From the NCBI GenBank assembly GCA_963555995.3, contig OY821641.1, positions 640,001 through 704,000 of the forward strand: DNA of 64,000 nucleotides. Direction: 5' to 3'. The notes below the pieces were generated by a model that was not told the DNA's origin, did not search any database, and saw only the letters and a program-made list of their open reading frames with translations. The position numbers and the translations under genes are program-made. Each line of letters opens with the position of its first letter. The first letter of the stretch is position 1. Positions 59,817 through 64,000 of this stretch are shown here, in pieces. This DNA comes from Vicinamibacteria bacterium. Lineage in GTDB: Bacteria; Acidobacteriota; Vicinamibacteria; Marinacidobacterales; Marinacidobacteraceae.

Positions 59817-60019
59817 GGGGAAGTCCTCCACCATGCACAGACGAGAATCAGCGAATTTTTTCCCACCTGGCGACCAATTGTGGAAAAGTCGAAGCGAAGC
59901 GGCATACGCCGCCGGCCGGGAGCGCCGGTCTTCAGACCGGCACGCGCGGCGCTCCGCGCCGCGCACGGCGCAACCCCACCCGCTCTCACGGCCCCGCCGG
60001 CCCGGACCGCCCCCGCGGC

Positions 60020-60487
60020 TCAGGAACCAGCCGGTTCCCGGGCGTTCGAAGCCGGAACCAGGTGCGTCTCGATCAGCGTTTCGATACGCGTCATCCGGTC
60101 CGAAAGCTTGCCGATCTCCTCGCGCATTTCCGCGCGCAGGTCGCCGATCTCCTCGTGCATCTCTGCGCGGAGACCCCCGATCTCCTCGTGGATGCCGCCG
60201 ATCTGTTCCTGGAGGCCGAGGATCTGGCCGCTCAGGCTGCTGAACGCGATGGCGCCGGCGCTCAGCATCGCCGCCAGCATGACGAACAGCCCGGCCAGCA
60301 GCGTGAGCAGGAGACGCTCCATCCGGCCGAACGGCTCACGGGAAACGCGCGCCGCTCCGGCGAGGCGCCCCGCATCCGTGCTCGTCATCGCTCTGCCCCG
60401 TTCACCCTCTCGCGGAGTATAGGAGCGGCCCCGCGGCTCCGGCAACGGGACCGCGCTCTGTGTCGTATCGGTGGTTCGTTCGTGCAT
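60020..60487 (-). CDS. TM + coiled-coil small protein, array copy 2
   Basis: Paralog with IGxLRAEMxEE repeats. Confidence 0.7.
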   Translation of the reverse strand: MHERTTDTTQSAVPLPEPRGRSYTPREGERGRAMTSTDAGRLAGAARVSREPFGRMERLLLTLLAGLFVMLAAMLSAGAIAFSSLSGQILGLQEQIGGIHEEIGGLRAEMHEEIGDLRAEMREEIGKLSDRMTRIETLIETHLVPASNAREPAGS

Positions 60488-60652
60488 GGGGAAGTCCTCC
60501 ACCATGCACAGACGAGAAAAGTCGGAGCGAAGCGGCATACGCCGCCGGCCGGGAGCGCCGGTCTTCAGACCGGCACGCGCGGCGCTCCGCGCCGCGCACG
60601 GCGCAACCCCACCCGCTCTCACGGCCCCGCCGGCCCGGACCGCCCCCGCGGC

Positions 60653-61120
60653 TCAGGAACCGGCCGGTTCGCGGGCGTTCGAAGCCGGGACCAGGTGCGT
60701 CTCGATCAACGTTTCGATACGCGTCATCCGGTCCGAAAGCTTGCCGATCTCCTCGCGCATTTCCGCGCGCAGGTCGCCGATCTCCTCGTGCATCTCTGCG
60801 CGGAGACCCCCGATCTCCTCGTGGATGCCGCCGATCTGTTCCTGGAGGCCGAGGATCTGGCCGCTCAGGCTGCTGAACGCGATGGCGCCGGCGCTCAGCA
60901 TCGCCGCCAGCATGACGAACAGCCCGGCCAGCAGCGTGAGCAGGAGACGCTCCATCCGGCCGAGCGGCTCGCGGGAAACGCGCGCCCGTCCGGCGAGGCG
61001 CCCCGCCTCCGTGCTCGTCATCGCTCTGCCCCGTTCACCCTCTCGCGCAGTATAGGAGCGGCCCCGCGGTTCCGGCAACGGGACCGCGCTCTGTGTCGTA
61101 TCGGTGGTTCGTTCGTGCAT
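60653..61120 (-). CDS. TM + coiled-coil small protein, array copy 3
   Basis: Near identical to copy 2. Confidence 0.7.
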   Translation of the reverse strand: MHERTTDTTQSAVPLPEPRGRSYTAREGERGRAMTSTEAGRLAGRARVSREPLGRMERLLLTLLAGLFVMLAAMLSAGAIAFSSLSGQILGLQEQIGGIHEEIGGLRAEMHEEIGDLRAEMREEIGKLSDRMTRIETLIETHLVPASNAREPAGS

Positions 61121-61335
61121 GGGGAAGTCCTCCACCATGCACAGACGAGAATCGGCGAATTTTTTCCCACCTGGCGGCCAATTGTGGAAAAGTCGAAGCG
61201 AAGCGGCATACGCCGCCGGCCGGGAGCGCCGGTCTTCAGACCGGCACGCGCGGCGCTCCGCGCCGCGCACGGCGCGACCCCACCCGCTCTCACGGCCCCG
61301 CCGGCCGGGACCGCCTCCGGGCGGCCCCCCGCGGC

Positions 61336-61749
61336 TCAGGAACCGGCCGGTTCGCGGGCGTTCGAAGCCGGGACCAGGTGCGTCTCGATCAGCGTTTCGA
61401 TACGCGTCATCCGGTCCGAGAGCTTGCCGATCTCCTCGCGCATTTCCGCGCGGAGATCGCCGATCTGTTCCTGGAGGCCGAGGATCTGGCCGCTGAGGCT
61501 GCTGAACGCGATGGCGCCGGCGCTCAGCACCGCCGCCAGCAGGACGAACACCCCGGCCAGCACGGCGAGGTGGAGACGCTCCATCCGGCCGAGCGGCTCG
61601 CGGGAAACGCGCGCCCGTCCGGCGAGGCGCCCCGCCTCCGTGCTCGTCATCGCTCTGCCCCGTTCACCCTCTCCAGGAGTATAGGAGCGGCCCTGCGGTT
61701 CCGGCAACGGGACCGCGGTCTGTGTCGTATCGGTGGTCCGTTCGTGCAT
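61336..61749 (-). CDS. TM + coiled-coil small protein, array copy 4
   Basis: Chimeric TM segment and a shorter coiled coil. Confidence 0.7.
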   Translation of the reverse strand: MHERTTDTTQTAVPLPEPQGRSYTPGEGERGRAMTSTEAGRLAGRARVSREPLGRMERLHLAVLAGVFVLLAAVLSAGAIAFSSLSGQILGLQEQIGDLRAEMREEIGKLSDRMTRIETLIETHLVPASNAREPAGS

Positions 61750-61880
61750 GGGGAAGTCCTCCACCATGCACAGACGAGAAAAGTCGGAGCGAAGCGGCAT
61801 ACGCCGCCGGCCGGGAGCGCCGGTCTTCAGACCGGCACGCGCGGCGCTCCGCGCCGCGCACGGCGCAACCCCACCCGCTC

Positions 61881-62327
61881 TCACGGCCCCGCCGGCCCGG
61901 ACCGCCCCCGCGGCTCAGGAACCGGCCGGTTCGCGGGCGTCGAAGCCGGGACCAGGTGCGTCTCGATCAGCGTCTCGATGCGCGTCATCCGGTCCGAAAG
62001 CTTGCCGATCTCCTCGCGCATTTCCGCGCGGAGATCGCCTATCTGTTCCTGGAGGCCGAGGATCTGGCCGCTGAGGCTGCTGAACGCGATGGCGCCGGCG
62101 CTCAGCACCGCCGCCAGCAGGACGAACACCCCGGCCAGCACGGCGAGGTGGAGACGCTCCATCCGGCCGAGCGGCTCGCGGGAAACGCGCGCCCGTCCGG
62201 CGAGGCGCCCCGCCTCCGTGCCCGTCATCGCTCTGCCCCGTTCACCCTCTCCAGGAGTATAGGAGCGGCCCTGCGGTTCCGGCAACGGGACCGCGGTCTG
62301 TGTCGTATCGGTGGTTCGTTCGTGCAT
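61881..62327 (-). CDS. TM + coiled-coil small protein, array copy 5 (1-nt deletion alters the C-terminus)
   Basis: GCGTCGAAG instead of GCGTTCGAAG at ~61940. Confidence 0.6.
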   Translation of the reverse strand: MHERTTDTTQTAVPLPEPQGRSYTPGEGERGRAMTGTEAGRLAGRARVSREPLGRMERLHLAVLAGVFVLLAAVLSAGAIAFSSLSGQILGLQEQIGDLRAEMREEIGKLSDRMTRIETLIETHLVPASTPANRPVPEPRGRSGPAGP

Positions 62328-62604
62328 GGGGAAGTCCTCCACCATGCACAGACGAGAATCGGCGAATTTTTTCCCACCTGGCGGCCAATTGCGGAAAAGT
62401 CGAAGCGAAGCGGCATACGCCCACGCCTTGGAACGGCGGTCTCCAGACCGGCACCGCGGCGCTCCGCGCCGCGCCCGTCGCAACCCCGCCCGCTCCCCCG
62501 GCCCCGCCGGCCCGGACCGCCGGTCTCCAGACCGGCGTTCCAAGCCGTACGCGCTGCCGGCCGGGCCGTGGGTCCGGGGCCGTCAAGGGTAGAGGCCGAA
62601 GGCC

Positions 62605-62787
62605 ATGAGTCTGGAGATCATTGCCATCGTCGCCGTCGGGGTGTCCCTCGCTGCACTCATCGTCACGGGCCAGCGAGCGGTCCGAACCGATCTCCATGAC
62701 CTCGCGCAGTGTGTCGCCCGCATTGAAGGGGCGCTTCCTTTCCTGACGCCGCCCGCGGGCGGGGGGCAGCGGCCCCGCACCGACTGA
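62605..62787 (+). CDS. Small protein with an N-terminal TM helix and a short coiled coil
   Basis: MSLEIIAIVAVGVSLAALIV...DLHDLAQCVARIEG, with GAGG upstream. Confidence 0.6.
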   Translation: MSLEIIAIVAVGVSLAALIVTGQRAVRTDLHDLAQCVARIEGALPFLTPPAGGGQRPRTD

Positions 62788-62854
62788 ACGAAGAGTCGTT
62801 ATCGAAAGCGGATCCGCTCCCGGTCCAACCCCGGCAGTTCCGGCGCGAACACCG

Positions 62855-62910
62855 TGTCGAGGATCGGCTTGTCGTACTTGTCCACCAGCAGCGCCACCCG
62901 CCGGCCGGTT
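62855..62910 (-). pseudogene. Fragment of the AAA-ATPase-like / PD-(D/E)XK nuclease family
   Basis: Minus-strand translation TGRRVALLVDKYDKPILD resembles the Walker B region VVLVDEYDKPILD. Confidence 0.5.
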
Positions 62911-63056
62911 CCCTCATGAAGCAAATCCAGGATGCGAAACAGCCGTTCGGGCGCGGGTTCGTGGCCGGTGCGGAAGCGTTCGGTCGGCAGAAGTGCTCTC
63001 TCGCGCCTGTCCTACAATGCCGGCGCACCGACAGCGAACGGAGACACCCAGCGAAC

Positions 63057-64000
63057 ATGAGAACCGTCCACAGCGTCCGACTCCAGGGATTTCTTTCCTA
63101 TGCCCCCGGCTCGGCGGAACTCGAACTGACGCCGCTCAACGTGTTGATCGGACCGAACGCCTCCGGGAAGTCGAATCTCATCGAGGCGTTCGAACTGCTC
63201 CGCTCCACTCCGACGGACTTTGCGACGGCGATCCGCGACGGCGGCGGCCCCCGCGAATGGATCTGGAAAGGGGAGCCTCCGACCGGCTCCGCCGTCATCG
63301 AGGTACGGTTGGCGAAGGAGCGTCCAGAGTGGGACCCGCTCCGGTACCGGCTCGAGTTTTCCACGGTCGAGAACCGGGTCGAGGTGCTGGACGAGCGCAT
63401 CGAGGAGAGCCGGCCCCTGCCCGGAAAGCCGGACGTCTTCTTCTACTACCGGTTCCAGCATGGACACCCGGCCATCAACGTTCGGCAAACCGAGACCGAC
63501 AGCGGCCGGGTGGAACGGCGATTGCGGCGCGAGGACTTCCGCTCCGACCAGTCGGTGCTCTCCCAGCGCAAGGACCCGGAGCTGTACCCGGAGGTGACCT
63601 CGGTCGGAAAGCGGTTCGGCGAGATCCAGCTCTTCCGCGAATGGACCTTCGGGCGTTTCGTCAATCTGAGGAAACCGCAACCGGCGGACCTGCCGGGTGA
63701 CCGCCTGCTTCCCGATGCCTCCAACCTCGCGCTGGTCCTGAACGAGATCGAGCATCGGGACGGGGCGTCCTTCAACGAGCAGTTGCGTCGGTTCTTCCCT
63801 CGTTTCCAGCGTATGTCCACCCGGGTGATGGGAGGAACCGTCCAGTTCTACCTGCATGAGTCGGATGTGGACGCCCCGATTCCGGCAACCCGGCTCTCCG
63901 ACGGGACCATCCGCTTCATCGCGATCCTGGCCACCCTGTTCGCACCTTCGCCGCCGCCCCTCGTCTGCATCGAGGAACCCGAACTCGGGCTGCACCCGGA
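63057..64000 (+). CDS. ABC-type ATPase (AAA_21-like), 3' end outside window
   Basis: MRTVHSVRLQGFLSY, LIGPNASGKSN, LSDGTIRF, CIEEPELGLHP. Absent from the ORF track because no stop lies in the window. Confidence 0.9.
   Translation, partial: MRTVHSVRLQGFLSYAPGSAELELTPLNVLIGPNASGKSNLIEAFELLRSTPTDFATAIRDGGGPREWIWKGEPPTGSAVIEVRLAKERPEWDPLRYRLEFSTVENRVEVLDERIEESRPLPGKPDVFFYYRFQHGHPAINVRQTETDSGRVERRLRREDFRSDQSVLSQRKDPELYPEVTSVGKRFGEIQLFREWTFGRFVNLRKPQPADLPGDRLLPDASNLALVLNEIEHRDGASFNEQLRRFFPRFQRMSTRVMGGTVQFYLHESDVDAPIPATRLSDGTIRFIAILATLFAPSPPPLVCIEEPELGLHP

Noticed and set aside
57162-62420. Classical integron or prophage
   Set aside because: The integrase has a P4-type arm domain rather than IntI features. 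No attC sites and no phage structural or replication genes are visible.
59370-62420. Diversity-generating retroelement template/variable repeats
   Set aside because: No reverse transcriptase in the window, and the differences are block swaps and indels, not adenine-specific substitutions.

Overview
High-GC bacterial chromosome segment. The gene order and the small-protein and lipoprotein families suggest Acidobacteriota, possibly host-associated, but this is inference. The first ~31 kb is mostly housekeeping: thiolase/hbd, recA, amidase, ftsK, uppP, rsmA, trxB, purA, ileS, gmk, coaBC, UDG, priA, HU/IHF, der, MerR and tRNAs. It is interrupted by arrays of REP-like palindromes, an NYN RNase gene bracketed by two copies of a promoter+hairpin element, and an ABC-ATPase/DUF4276 pair. 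The region from ~31 kb to 64 kb is accessory. It holds coiled-coil/TM small-protein paralogs, two Pro-linker lipoproteins, a PhoD-like phosphatase, an ~11 x 300-bp tandem array, a PARIS-like ATPase+DUF4435 pair, and a three-gene operon of SF1 helicase, DarT-like ADP-ribosyltransferase and ADP-ribosylglycohydrolase. It also holds a complete IS21 with a 5-bp target duplication, a P4-type integrase, a PIN toxin-antitoxin pair, a five-copy diversified gene array and several gene fragments. Best candidates for undescribed systems: (1) the helicase-DarT-ARH operon; (2) NYN plus a duplicated small structured RNA, resembling type III TA; (3) a ~245-nt structure-conserved element right after two different tRNA genes; (4) the five-gene array of TM/coiled-coil proteins with a shared leader. 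All family calls come from motifs recognised by eye; no searches were run.
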